Shown here: positions 11,760 through 27,830 of the stretch, in pieces
How the letters are laid out: every line of letters starts with the position of its first letter
Numbering within the stretch: position 1 is the stretch's first letter
Source: the human T2T-CHM13v2.0 reference genome, Homo sapiens
NCBI RefSeq assembly: GCF_009914755.1
Contig: NC_060927.1
Length of the DNA stretch: 64,000 nucleotides
Reading direction: 5' to 3' (one strand)
Program-made: the position numbers and the translations under genes
Notes under the pieces: model-generated
Seen by the model: only the letters and a program-made list of their open reading frames with translations
Databases searched by the model: none
What the model was told of the DNA's origin: nothing

Positions 11760-12057
11760 TTCTTTCTTTCTCACTTTTTTTTTGAGACAGGGTCTCATTT
11801 TGTCACCCAGGCTGGAGTGCAGTGGTGCTCACTGCAGCCTTGACCTCCTGGGCTTAAGCTGTCCTCCTGCTTCAGGCCCCCAAGTAGCAGGAACTACAGG
11901 CGTTCGACACTACACTCGGTTAATTTTTTGTATTTTTTTGTAGAGACCAGGTTTTACCTATTGGCCAGGCTGATCTTAAACTCCTGGCCTCAAGCCGTCC
12001 ACCCACTTTGCCCTTCCAGAGTGCTGGGATTACAGGCGTGAGCCATGGTGCCTGGCC
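11760..12057 (-). mobile_element. Alu (J-like)
   Basis: Reverse Alu with J-type 'cactgcagccttgacctcctgggct'. Confidence 0.9.
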
Positions 12058-12899
12058 CTGATACTAGTTTTTCTGTATGTGACAGAATTTCCATTTAGCC
12101 TTCTTTTGATAGCTTTTTTTTCCCTAACACTGCCTATATTTTAAATAGTTTTAAGCCATTATATTATACAAGAATGCATGTTTTTGAAAAATTCAAATAC
12201 AGAAGTTTGTGGAGTAAAAGGCAAAAGATAGTCCTGATGACCTCTTCTGATCCTGCTCCTTGCACACAGATGCTCCAAGTTAGCACTTTGTATACTTCCA
12301 CGTAGTTTCTGTGAATTTACATTGTGTTTTTCTGGCATTCCAATACCTCCTCGAATTGGTGGTAATGGTAATGAGATGTCAGTTCAGAAGTCCCAGGCTG
12401 CTCATCATGGTTCACAATGGAAAGAGATCCTTTTCTTGCAACAGTGGAGTGTTACATACCTCGTCCAGGTTCAGCATGTTTTAAATGGTTGTTTGGGTAT
12501 AAGAAATAGGTTCAGCAGAAGTCATCCTTTATAAAACCCTGTATCTTATGTGCTAAAAAGTATTCTTCCTTTTAGCATCTTTCATTTATCTGATGTTACT
12601 AAATGCGTTAAGGATAGAAGTGTGACTTAAACATCTGAATGATGTTTAGTTTCACCATTGCAGTGTGTATACCTTTATGCATGTAAAGGCAGTGTTGAAA
12701 AATTGTGACAACCAGGAGACTGGGGTTTCAGCACGATCAAAACAGCACCCATACTAGGGTCAGGCTGTTGGGAATTAGATCATCACTGGGGCCTTTCCTA
12801 TTAGAGAGGAAAGAAACCCTATCTGGAGATGAATTGCCTTTCAAATGAGCAGGAAGTCTTGTGGCGGTTGTGTTTACCAAAAGACTATATCTGGATTGT

Positions 12900-13795
12900 A
12901 AAACTGTACTATTGTTATTCCTCAGAAAGCTAAACAGAATTACCGTATGACCCAGTAATTTTACTGCTATCTATGTACCCTGAATAATTAAAAACAGAGG
13001 CTCAAACAGATAACCTGTATGTCAGTATTCATAGCATTATTCATAGTAGCCAAAAAGTGGAAAAAACCCAAGTGTCTGTCAACAGATGAGTGGATAAACA
13101 AAATTTGGTTAATCTATAAACTGGAATATTCATCTAAAAAAGGAATGAAGTTGTGATGCATGGATACAACATGGTTGAACCTTAATGTTATACTAAGTGG
13201 GCTGGGCGCAGTGGATTACGCTTGTAATCCCAGCACTTTGGGAGGCTGAGGCAGGCGGATCACGAGGTCAGGAGATCGACACCATCGTGGCGAACACAGT
13301 GAAACCCCGTCTCTACTAAAAATACAAAAAAATTAGCCGGGCATGGTGGCGGGCACCTGTAGTCCCAGCTACTCAGGAGGCTGAGGCAGGAGAATGGTGT
13401 GAACCCAGGAGGCGGAGCTTGCTGTGAGCAGAGATCGCACCACTGCACTCCAGCCTGGGCAACAAAGCGAGGCTCCATCTCAAAAAAAAAGGTTATACTA
13501 AGTGAAATAAACTAGAACCAAAAAGACAAATAGCGTATGATTCCACTTACATGAAATACCTAGAATAGGCAAACTCATAAGGACAGACAGTAGATTAGAG
13601 GTTTTCAGGGACTGAGGGGAGGGGAGAATGGGGAGTTATTTCTTAATGAATACAGTTTCTTTTTGAGGTGGTGAAAGTTTTGGAAATAATGGTGATGGTT
13701 GCGCAATATTGTGAATGTAATTAATGCCACTAAATTGTACACTTAAAATGGTTAAAATGGCAAATTTCATGTTATATATATTTTATCACAATAAA
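12900..13795 (+). mobile_element. L1M (L1MB/MC-like) 3' end interrupted by an Alu
   Basis: 'gaattaccgtatgacccagtaatt...gatgagtggataaacaaaat...aattgtacacttaaaatggttaaaatgg' is typical of an old L1 3' region. Confidence 0.85.
13200..13490 (+). mobile_element. AluY/Sc-like with 13-bp TSD gttatactaagtg
   Basis: Alu consensus; TSD at 13187-13199 and 13492-13504. Confidence 0.93.
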
Positions 13796-13919
13796 CAGTT
13801 ATACCACTGTTAAAATATTAATCAGTATTTTGAGAAAAATGCTTATAGCTTAGAAGGCAATACTCACAGTTTTTGGGGATTCTTGTTAAATTCCTGTCAC
13901 AAACTTTGAGGGCCTGTTA

Positions 13920-15000
<1,081 letters not shown>

Positions 15001-15777
15001 GTTTTGTTACTTGCTTCGTTGATCACATGCAATGCTTAGCATGTTGCTGCCACTTAGTAGGTCCTCAGTAAATATTTGCAGTTTGACTATATATTTGAGT
15101 TTATTATTAAATCAGTCATTGAACTCCCAGATCTACATGGCCTACTTTTAGATTAGATTAGACAAATTAAATAGATTATAAACTTCCTAAAAGGGAAGGA
15201 CAATGATTTCTGTCTTTGATTCTGACCCTACATGTTCTTCCCAACTGCTTTAGTTTGACGATTTTCACAGCTACAGGAGATGTTAAAAGAATGATACAGC
15301 AAGCGCCCACCCTTCACCGTGATTCCTCAGCAAAATTACACCATGTTTGCTCTGTCTCTCTCTTATCTCTATATGATAATTTTGTGGAGTCATTTGAAAG
15401 TGAGCATTTTGATGCTTCCGTGTGTTTAGCTTTGCACACATTGAATCTGAGGTGGCCTGACGGTGGAGCTGAGGCTGGAACTGGTTTTGGTAGTCCACAT
15501 TAGATTTGAAAGTTTGGGTGATGTTAAAGTGCACAAGATTGCTGAGATTGGAGGAGGAAAGAATTGTGCTCTGAAGGATGTCTTCAGATGGAGGATGGGA
15601 AATGAAGAGGACTTGGAGAAAGGAGTAGGAGGAAAGCCACAAGGTTGCAAAAGTCCCTAGAGGGAGATCAAGGAAATTTTCTCTTGGGGCTCTAAAGTGT
15701 AAGAACTTAGGTGTATGTTTTGTAGGCTGAGAGGAAGAAGCAAATATAGAGAGAAAAAGAGTAAAAATTGCTAGAGA

Positions 15778-16142
<365 letters not shown>

Positions 16143-16789
16143 CTAGAGAACTTAGGCCCTAAGTGGGAGAATGTATGTTTAGAAAGGCTGGTAGCCTGGA
16201 ATTTTCTAGACGATTAGAAGCATTTTTGGTGCTTGAGTAGCACTCTAGGTATTTGTATAGAACTGAAAAGAAGCAGCATCTTTCTGGTGTTATTTGGTTT
16301 GTGTTCTTTCCCAGCAGACTTTAAGTTCCTCGAGAGTAGGGATTATTATGTCTTTATATCCCTACAGTGTCCGAGAAAGGGTAGGTAAACAATACATATT
16401 TGTTAAAACACAAAAACCTAATTTGGTCGGATGGTTTAATAGAACATCTTCATTACCCTCTTCAGAAAATAGTGGAAATTGCTGGGGAAATTGCTGTCAC
16501 ATTTTACAGCTGTCCATTGCTGGCAGTCTTTCTGAGTTGGCACCCAAGCAGTTTTGGCAATTTTGACCTTCCTGCAATCACAGAGAAGCTCTGGACGTCA
16601 GTGTGGCAAAAAAGATGTGATCTCTGCTGCAGGCTCGATTGAGAAAAGATGTATTGGAGAAAATATAACACCTTTGAATTGCTTGTTTTGACTTCATGTA
16701 AGGTTTATCATCTATGTAATGTGGCATAGACTCTTAGTCTACAGAGTTACAAATGGTAACCTTATTATAAAGTTACCTTATGTTAACAA

Positions 16790-17800
16790 GTGAGCAAGGG
16801 TCTAGGGGTGCTAAATACAGTGGGTTCCTAGAGATGGTCCCCCAAGTCCTAAAGCTATTCCAGATAGTTGGTTATGTTAGAGTTGCTGGCACCCGCCTGA
16901 GACATCTGACACATCCCATGTCACCAGTGAAGTGAAACTGGGTTTCATAATAAGCCCATTCTTATTCAGCCTCTTTTATGCAGCCATGCTCTAAAGTGAA
17001 ACAAAAGACCTAGTAACTGGTGTCAGAATATGCTTCTAATCCTCTGGGAAACCTCCTCCTTTATAGGCTAAAAGCTCATCAAAGTCCCTGCTTGAGAACC
17101 GTAATCCAGGAACTTTGCTGTATGCTAATGGCTCTTTTCTTGAAACATATACACAGTGATTATGGATTGCTTTGTAGAGTCCATGCCACATTACATAGAT
17201 GATCAACCTTTGGAAGGCCAAGTTGATGTCCCATCCCACTCAGGAAATCTTACAAAGCCAAAGGTTTTCACATACAGAACATATTTAAGTTGTCACTGGG
17301 TTTTGCTACAGTGACAGCAAACCATTGGGGCAGTGTGTTGTTCACTAATACTTTTAACAGAGTAGTTAAAAACTGAATTCTGTCTGCTCTCCAAAGTACA
17401 TGCTGACCCAAATATGACAAAGTGAATGCAAAGCCCTCTTATATAGCATTCAAAGGCAGATTTGCCACAGGTGCCACATCTGACTTGTCTGTAGTGATCT
17501 GAGTCATTATTAAATTTTAAATAGTAATACAACGGAGTAGTCTTAGTAGAGTCTACTAGCATTGAAATGATGATCATTATCCATACTGCCAGTACATTGG
17601 CCATTTGTATTTATTAAAATTGATCGATGGAAAATTGGTGTGGGATGGACCTCTAGTAAATTCTACAGAAAAAGGCATTGAGGCACATTTCCAAACAGAT
17701 GAGAGTAAATAGAGTAACTTGGGATGATCTTACTTGGAGAAAAGTTTTAGATGTGATGCAGCTCAAAAAGTCAGCATTATTATGAAGCAATGTTGTACAT
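16790..17800 (+). mobile_element. Decayed RTE-clade LINE (MamRTE1/L4-like) reverse-transcriptase fossil
   Basis: Frameshifted RT motifs in the expected order: VTSEVKLGFIISPFLFSLFYAAML (16920-16991), LYRLKA...VIQEL, LLYANG (17115-17132, at the YADD position), MINLWKAKLM (17199-17228), then SIEMMI...IGH and TWDDLTWRK. Confidence 0.7.
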
Positions 17801-17829
17801 GTGACAGCAGCATGAGTAGATCAGATCGT

Positions 17830-19000
17830 AATCATTTAAAACATTAGAGTGTCTGCTGTGTGCTAGGCATTGTTCTGTAGGTGACTAAAACAGACCTGGC
17901 CTCTGGCTTGTGAAACCTGAATTTTAGTAGACAGTGCAAACAGCAGCTAAGCAAAAGGATTAGTACAAGTTGTAATGGCTAGTAGGAAAGAAATTGACAG
18001 AGTGCAGTGATGGAGAATAATTGGGGAGGGTGTGAGGGTTACCTAGAGAAGCCTTACAAAGACATTTGGTCAAAGACCTAAAAGATAGGAAAGGAAATGG
18101 CCTTGTGAAAAGTACCAGAAGACATCTGGGACAGAGGGAAGGTAAAAACAGGCCCTGAGGCGGGGACAAGTCAGGTGATGCTGATTATGTAAACCGTGCT
18201 AAGTAGAGAGTTTGGATTTTTCTCAATAATGCTTTAAAAGTCTTTTCCCACCCTCCCTGCTGCATGGAAAATAGCTGGGAGGAAGATGCTAGTGGAAGAA
18301 GGGAGACCAGAAAGGAGGGTATTGCTCTGTTTCAAGCTAGCTGGTGCAGGTGGCTAGGATTAAGGTAGTGGCAGTGGAGATATGGTAGAACACTGGGACC
18401 TGTTGTTGGATTGCATGTGAGAGATGAGGGACAGGAACAAAAATGACTCCAAGTTTCTGTGTTTTTTTGCAATTGGCTAGATGATAGTGATGTTTTACTG
18501 ATAGGTAGACTCCTAGGCCTAGAATAGGGCCGTAGGGCGCGTGTGTGGTGGGTGGCAGGGGAGATGAGGGCAGGGTGGAAATGACTCCTTTTTGGACTTG
18601 ATAGATTTGAAATCTGTTCCCATGAGGCATCCAAATGAAGGTGTCAAAAATAAGTTAGACATAGGTAATTGGAGCTCTGAGATACATACACATTTGTAAA
18701 GGAGACCTTACCAAACAGAGGCTCTTGGGTGTCTTGGGAATGCCTTTCTCTCTCCTAGAAAGGAAAGGCATCATGAGAAGAGTGCCCAGGATGAAGACTC
18801 AGGCATCTGGCATTTAGAAGTGTACACTAGGAAAAGCCAGCAAAGGAGACAGAAGGAAAATCAAGAGAGTGTGGTATTAGAAAGCAGTGAGTGGAAAGTT
18901 TTGAGGTAGAGTGATCAAGTGGGAAATGGTGCTGTGCAGTAGAAAAAGATGAAGACCAGCAAGTAACCACTAGATTTTACCTCAGGTTTGTTGGTGACCT
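17830..19000 (-). mobile_element. L2 fragment
   Basis: gagtgtctgctgtgtgctaggcattgttct... and downstream 'gaggcatccaaatgaaggtgtca' match reverse L2. Confidence 0.7.
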
Positions 19001-19583
19001 TCACGTGTCAAACCTGGTTTAGAGGAGAGACAATGGAAAAGGAGGAATGATTTTCAAGAATGAAAATGTGTTTGTATTACTCTTCCTAGTTAAAATATTT
19101 CATTGTATTTATCCAGAAAAGTGATCTGGTGTTATCTACTTTCTACACTTTAGGGCAGAATTTCTTAACATAGTATATATAATTTTGTGGGGAGGATGGG
19201 GAAAGGGCCCACCATTTTCAGTGGATTCTCAAAGGAGTTTTTTTTTTCTGATCTCCCCTCTTTCCTCACCAAAAAAAGTTAACTTCTACTTTACGAGATT
19301 CAAGTCCTTTGTGATCTTTAGGTTAACGTTGTACCATGCATGTTACAAGTAAATAGTGTCAGGTTCATGTATTACATCTTGATGAATCTCTTTTTCAAGA
19401 CTTGGTTTGAAATTACTGGATAAATTGGAAAATCAGTAAATTGCTGCTGCCATCCTTAAAAATATTTTACATGCTTTGATTTGCATCGACCTTTTGTATT
19501 CTGTTCAAGCTGGAGAATGCACTAGAATGAGTTGGATATATGTATTTACTTTTAACACAGCATAAGTTACTCATCATATTTAA

Positions 19584-19919
<336 letters not shown>

Positions 19920-22164
19920 TGTTTTTCATCCTTTTAATATGGGCTGTTATGTTAATGCTTTACATTGGATATACTTAGAACTCTTAAAGCAATCATATAA
20001 GCATTGTCTTTTTAATTGTCCACTGATCATGTCTTAATAATTTGTTTCAGATTATGCCAGATACTCTTGGTCCTGCTTACCTTGATAATTGAGGGTAGAA
20101 TTAAGAAAGTTTTAGGATTAGGAATCATTCTTCTAATTCAGAGAGTAATTAGTTGGAATCACAAAAGCATTAGGTGCTGAACTGCCAGAGACAAGCAACA
20201 AATAATATGTGGAACCACAACTGTTTTGGCTACGTAGGAATTTTGCTCCACAAGTAATTTAAATTGTTCCTACTACCACTTACAACCTTTCCTCCTCTAT
20301 GGGGGTACATCTCAATTTTTAAGTTAATATATTAGAATTGGTGTTATAAAAATTTATTTCTTAGCAGACTTTGCTACAACACATTTATCCTAAATAAAAG
20401 GAGATTGTTGACTTTGCAGAGAAAAAGACCCTAAAAGAAAACATTTGTTTTATTACAAGCACCCAGGAGGATTTTTTATAAACATGAAAGATAACTTTCC
20501 TCTAACCTAAGTAAATATTTCAGAACCAACGTATGTTAAGTGATTATAGTAATGTGTGTGCAGAGACTGGCAGTAAAGTTAGCAGCGTCATATACTACTT
20601 GCTAGTATATCACACTGCTTTGGCCTTTTTCTGAGTAACCCTCTCTCTGGAAGTCTTCAGAATGCCTAACTTCATCCTTCAGGGAGACTGGTAGCCCCCG
20701 AAAAGACATTTATTTTTTGTAGCTTGGTATTCTGAGATGTTCTCACATCCAAAGTAAACACTGTCAAGTGATTTGGACCAGTCCTAAAGTAAATCATATA
20801 TTGAGGACACAGTTCTTGTTAAAACTGAAATTTGAAGTTGTTGCCATTTTCTGCATTCACACTACTGGATTCTTTGTAGATGCGGGGATTTCTACTTCTA
20901 CATTTTACTGTAACTATTTACATTTACCTGTATTGGGAGGAAATTCTATATTGTAGCAAGTTAAAACACATGATTTTGGTAAAAAAGTAAAAACTGTTAA
21001 GATCTTGGAGCCCAGACTTATTTGTTATGGAGATTTGGAGCTAGGAGGGACCCGATGCTCCCTTCTCTGTCTCTGTGTCCTGTTTATTGTGAGGTGTATA
21101 TTGATAATGAATTTGTGAAGAAAGGCATTCTTTGATGACTTAGCAGAGAAAAAAGTGATAGTAATTTTATCCATTCTGTCTCCAGATGACTGGTACTATG
21201 TTTTACTTTCTCCTCTTTTCTCCAGAGCCACTCTTAAAATCTTTCTGCAGTTAATGGTTTGTTATAGTCCAATTTTCATTGCTTTCCAAGATTTGAACTT
21301 TCTATCTGAATGTAAGTCCCCCTCCAAAAGCAGTCATCTTTCAGTTCTGTAGCTCCTCTGATACTCTTCAAGCCCCTCAAGGAGCATTAGGTTTGAGGAT
21401 GGTAACATTTACTCGTTGTCCTTTGACCTGAAGATGCGTAGAAAGAAATGCTATGTTGGATCTCAGTATACCTAATAACAGTCTTGCAGGCTGAATTTGC
21501 ATTTTCCTTTCTGGTTGAAATCTTGTCAGTTTACTCATGCATTTCTGACTTTCTCCCATTCTGGTGTGCTTCCTCCCCTTCCTGCTCCCTTAAGAAAAAA
21601 AAAATGGTTAGCCAGTTCGGTGAAGTTTTCTCAGAAATTTCTTGTGGACAGTGCTAACTTAAGCCGGAAAACAGTTTGTGACACTTGACTTTTCAAGGAG
21701 GAGATAAGATTTTGTGTACCCAGACTGTATATATCAATTATTATGGGGCTAAACTTTGAAAGTATGACTAGTTCCCCAACAAGTATATACGAAACCTTGT
21801 AGGATTAGTAATTATATTTCTTGAATTAATTTTAAAAATATGTAACATACTACACACACATCATTTGCACCATGAGAATTGTCCATACTAATAAGAGATT
21901 TTTGTTTGTTCCAGTTAAATCTTACTCCTAGTTTTGCAAGTGTATTCAGGCCTGCATGGTTGTCAGTGACTCAGGTGGGGTGGGCAGGGCAGTCTCCAAC
22001 CTGCCCCACCTGTGTTTCTCTGCCTGTTTACTTGTGACCTTGGCTGAGCAGTACAAATCATTGACAACACTGGCAGTGCTTTGGTCTGTGCCTGCCCTGG
22101 CTTATTCCATTTTTTGGCCCTTTGATTGAAGATGCAGTTACAACCAGTGGCTCCTGACTGTATT

Positions 22165-22620
22165 TAGTCATTCGTTCTGATATTTATCGGCCATTTATTG
22201 TTGTGCCAGGTACTGAAGATACAGCAGCAAAAAAGACACTGTCTCTGTGCTCATGGAGATTTTATTCATATAGAGGGAGGTACAATAAAAGAAACAAATG
22301 TACAAAAGTAATTTCAGAAAACAGTACCAAGAAATTAAAATAGAGTAAAATGGCTTGGTGAGTGACTGCGCAGGTTGGGACATTGGTTGGTGCCACATTG
22401 GGGAAATGACCCTGAATGATGACAAGGACCCAACCATGAGAAGGGCATTTTAGGCTGAAGGACAGCAGATAGAAAGGTGCTGAGTGGGGTAGGCCAGTGT
22501 GGCTGGACATAGTGAATGAGGGTGAGAGTGGTAGGAAATGAGGTAGGCAGGGGTCAGATTTTATTTGAATTTCAGTAGAAAGCCGTGGGAGAGCTTTAAA
22601 TGGAGGAGTGAAATACGAGG
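22165..22620 (-). mobile_element. L2 3' fragment
   Basis: 'tcattcg...atatttatcggccatttattgttgtgccaggtactg...ctcatggag' matches the reverse L2 3' end. Confidence 0.7.
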
Positions 22621-22668
22621 TATTTGGAGAATACCTCACGTAAAATTTCCTACTCATGAAAAGAGAGA

Positions 22669-22835
22669 AGGCAGGTGCAGTGGGGCATGCCTATATTCCC
22701 CGCTGTTAGGAGACTGAGGCTGGAGGATCACTCAAGGCTGGGAGTTTGAAGCTGTGGTGTGTACTATGATTGCACCTGTGAGTGGCCACTGTGCTCCAGC
22801 CTGGGCAACATAGTGAGATCCTCATTTAAAAAATA
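22669..22835 (+). mobile_element. FAM-like fossil Alu monomer
   Basis: Single monomer with the FAM-type 'gcacctgtgagtggccactg' insertion. Confidence 0.75.
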
Positions 22836-24224
22836 GTATTCTGTTCAGTGTTTTGAAAAAATTGTATTAAAAAATAGAGGTTATGCAGATACTCTGTAAA
22901 ACTTTTTTGGCATTATATGCAGTTTTACTGACCTTTATGTAACAGTTCTATTATATCTAGATATCTGTGTATCTAACAAATTTAGACATTTTGCAAAAAC
23001 TGAAGACATGTTACCAAAAATTGGTGCCTCAACCAGTGAAAGGAAGTATAGCATTACTCAGCTGGTCTTGACGTAAAGGTTGGATGAAGTGTGAATGTTT
23101 GTAATGCATACATAATATTTAAAGCTAACAGAAACAACTTCTTAGTTGTCTTTGTAGTGTGCTTGCCTTGGTTCCTGGCTGTTCACCTGAAGTGAAGACA
23201 GCCTGAGTCTGGCAGTAGGGAAGCATCAAGAGTTTGGCTTCCTCCTCCTTCAGAGCAACAACAGCAAATGACACAGCAGGGAAACTAGGAGAGTTGGGCA
23301 GCTTGGAAACAGGGAACCTCAGCAGTCTGGGAGGCAGCTTGCCAGAACTCCTCCCAGCCCTCACTTGGTTATCTGTGATATCTAAAAGATTTATCTCTAC
23401 AGTGTGAAGCCCCAAATCTGTGATATGACTATGGAGGGAGAATGCTTTCCAATTTTCTTGATTTGGTAGATACTTTTGTGGAGTTGTCATTTTTTCATAG
23501 TTTTTTGTTATGATAGCTGAAATATTTGTTCTGAAGGGGAGGTCTAAACACATGTAATAAGGCTAATGAAGAGATTGGAGTAGCAGTGTAATCATTCCTA
23601 CACGTGTATTTTAAACTTTAGGTACTAAATCCCTTTTTGATATATATGCTATAAAAATGACTTATAAAATGAAATGTAATTCTAGCATATCTTAAACTGT
23701 TGCCAGGAGGTTTTTGGGTTGCACTGATAAGAAATTACATGATTTCTTGCAGAAGGGTCATTTGTCTTGCTAAAGGACCAGTTTCTCATGACTCCTCCCT
23801 CTCCCCACTAATAAACAGCTAAGAAAAGGGCCCTTAGGACATTTTTTTTCACTTATCCATTATAAAAAGTTATTCACAATTCTTAAAGGGACAAAATTTC
23901 AATGCAGACATAACATGGCTATTTGCTCAAAGGGAAAAACCACCAAATAATAAAAAAAATCAAAATACAAAAAAAAAATCCTGTATTTTATATTTTGCTT
24001 TGGGGTGAATTTTGGTAATTCTAAAATGATATGAATGCATGAATATATCCAGTATTCTGGGTGTTCATTCACTTTATACAGAATAATGAAGGAACAGTAG
24101 AAAGCCTGATTTATGATATTCTGGACAGCTTTTTAGATTTACTATACAAATTTTAGCTTAGTTTCTTTTTGCTTCACACTGTGTGCGGTGGAGATTTTAA
24201 AAATAGGATAAAGCTTTAATAATA

Positions 24225-24395
24225 ACAGCTAACTTTATTAAGTATGTCAATATGATTGTTATTCTCATTTTATAAATGAGGAAAGAGAACCTTAAAATGC
24301 TTAAGTACCTTGCCCAAGGTCACTAGGCTCTTAAGTGGAGAAGCTGGTATTTAGGCCCTGGCCTTCAAAGCCTAACCATTATACTCTACTGCCTC
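24225..24395 (-). mobile_element. MIR
   Basis: attctcattttataaatgaggaaa...taagtaccttgcccaaggtcac. Confidence 0.7.
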
Positions 24396-25906
24396 TTATA
24401 GTGGCTTTATGAATTATAGACCTTCTTTTGAGTTGTTGATGTTAAATTTTACTCATATGCAGAGCTGTATTTAAATTTAAAAAGAGGCTTATTTTATAAC
24501 ATAGCCACTAATATTTTTCATTGGAATTGCCATCTACCTCTACTTGTTCTCCAGTGTAGATTTAATTCTTATATTCTTTTGTTTAAAAATCTAAGGTCCT
24601 AACTGCCCTTAGAATTAAGTGCCCAAAATCTTATGTAGTATTCAGATCCCCTACAACCTGATCCCAGCTTTTATATTTCCATCTTATTTCCTCTCTCTGT
24701 AACTTGCTGTTTTCAGTATGCCCCCTAGGATGTTCTCTCTCCCAGCTTCTTTGCTTTTTATTTTTCAAAGCTCTGATAAAAATGATTCACTCCACACAGC
24801 TCTCATCTGTGTCCCAGGGCACTTTAAATACATACCTCTTTAAAACATTTATCACATTGAGTTACGGTCATTTGTGTTTGTCTCTCTGTCAAGACCGAGT
24901 TTTTAAAAAATATGATTATTTTTATTTCTTGTACCTAACACCAGAAGATGCCTAAAAAGTATGAATGATTACTGAAACAAATTAAAATACAGCATTTAGT
25001 AGTAGTTGTATAAATGTTACCAGTTACTTCATTTAGATGTTACCATCAATCACAGAAACATGTAGGCTGAAGCAATGAAATCATAAATACAGTGTTTTAA
25101 TCTTCCATTGTGTAAAAAGATCAATTTCTATATTGTATGTAAATGTAATATAACATTTTAAATATAGGTTTAATTTTTGAGAAGATACACAGTATACTTA
25201 GTGATTAAAAAGTTAGGTATTTAAATCTATGAGAAAATGGGATCATTATTTGGATATTTACCAGTGCTAATCGAAGCAGTTGCTGGTAAAGGCGTTGGAG
25301 TTGATGCATATAGATAGAAGTTACTTTTGCAATAAAACATTAGAGTCACCATCAGAACAGAAGACTTGAAAAATTTTATTTGACTCAAATTACAAACTGA
25401 GCATTTATGGGTGTCTGTGTGTGCATAGCACTGAATTAGATCATCTGGAGATACAAAAGTGTGATAGATGCTTTCAATATAAAATAAACGTTACATAGCT
25501 ACTGAACAAGACATTATATAAAGGTTCGTTAATGACCTAAGATGTAAATTTGTTTATAATTTTTATCATAGTTCAATTTCATCTAAACCTTATGTGATTT
25601 CAGTGTTTTCCTCAGATTTGTCTCACACTCTAGTCTGGTGATTTCCAGGCTTGTGCCTGTCCCAGCACACCTAAGGAAGAGGGAAAATGTCCATCAATAA
25701 GTAACAGGGGTTTACTTTCAGTGGACAGGGTGGATGGAAGGAGAGATTAGCAAATTTGGGGTGAAAAATAAAAGCCCTCCAGTGGTTCTGACAAGCTGTA
25801 GCTAGAGGGGGGTGGCAGTTGCAGAAGGGGCAGTTTCTCCGTCTTGTATTTTTTATTTTTTTCTTTGATTCTTGAAAATAAGTTCTTATTTTTGATAAGA
25901 TGGAGG

Positions 25907-26380
<474 letters not shown>

Positions 26381-27714
26381 TCTCCTGGAAAAGTGCTGAA
26401 GTGGGAAAGTTTACAGATTTAGGGAGTCCAAGGAAAAGGTTGAGGTCGAGCTAATAAGAGAAGGAGAAAGGAAAGAGGAACTGAGAAAGGAAAGGGGTCT
26501 AGAAGAGCGGTTAGAAATGGGGACTTTGGTTTTCCCCTCAGGCTTAGCTCACTACTTTCTATAAATAAGAGATGTCTGAAAGAGAAGCAGATAAAAGGAG
26601 AAAGCCTTCAGCAAATTTGTGAGTTGATAAGCATGGATTGATTGGCTCTGTTGGCCTGGGTTCTTGAGGAGTTTGCTGCTATTTCGGAATTTCTGTAGAG
26701 AAACCCTGGCATTGTCAGGATATGGGTATGCCACATGTTTCCCTTCCTCCCCCTTCCCTCCACTCCTTCTTATTACCTAGCTAGCTACACCTGGAATTTT
26801 GGTTCTAGAATAATTTAAAAGATACTTTGTCAAGAAAATATCTTTGGAAAAATCATGCATATATTATTTTTCCTTTTTTCTTTTTAACTACTTCCTGGTT
26901 CTTTAGGCTCCTCTAATTCTTACATGCATGTGCTTGATCTCTGGGCCATGCTTGCTTCTAGTTAAGTAGCCTTTCAGGATGGTGTTTAATTTATTCTGAG
27001 CCCTTTATAATATCCCCTGACAAGAGCATGGAGTGGATAGAGGGAGTCTTAGTCAATATGTATTATAAATAGATTTAGGGTTCACAAAGGTCAGCAGCCT
27101 TCATCTCTTGCCCTACCCCCATCACACACAAAAATAAAAATCACAAATAATAAAGGATTTTAAGAGTTATACCAGTCGGGAGTGGGTTCATTTTTTTGTT
27201 TTTGTTTTTGTTTGTTTTTGGCAAGCTGAAGTCATCTGTTGGATCCAAAAATGCATAAAAATCTTCAGGCTTATAGAACCAACAGCATCAAAGGAAGAGC
27301 AGTGTGACTCAATATTGGGGTGGGGGCAGGTTTGGGGTTTTGGTTGTGTAGAAGCTCCTTATGAGAGAACAGTGTGATGCTTGGAGCTGTGGAGAATCCA
27401 GCCACTGCTTTTTCTCTCTTCCTTACCTTATTACTCTTCTTGATTCACCTGGATGTGGAAACTGTCCCTGTTTAAGAGTGGCCTTGTCAATGCTCTCTGT
27501 GTATCATGTGTACAGTAGGGAATGTGTCAAGCCAGATGAGTGGTCTCATTGAAACATCAGCAAATCAGTATATCGTAGAATTTAGATCCCCCTTGGAGGT
27601 GGTGGTGATAGCTAACTTCTGTTGCGGTCTTAACTGTGGGTCAAGTTTTGTTCTAAGGACTTTGAACATTAGAAACTCATTTAAAACTTAAACCATTCCT
27701 GTTGGTGGTCATGT

Positions 27715-27830
27715 AATCCCATTTTACAGATTATGAAATCAACATTAAGGTTATGTGCAGCTTAGTAAGTGGAGAAGCCAGAAGAACCCACGTGATCTGG
27801 CTTCAGGGCCGATACTCAACCACTGTACTT
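27715..27830 (-). mobile_element. MIR fragment
   Basis: atcccattttacagattatgaaa... Confidence 0.55.
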
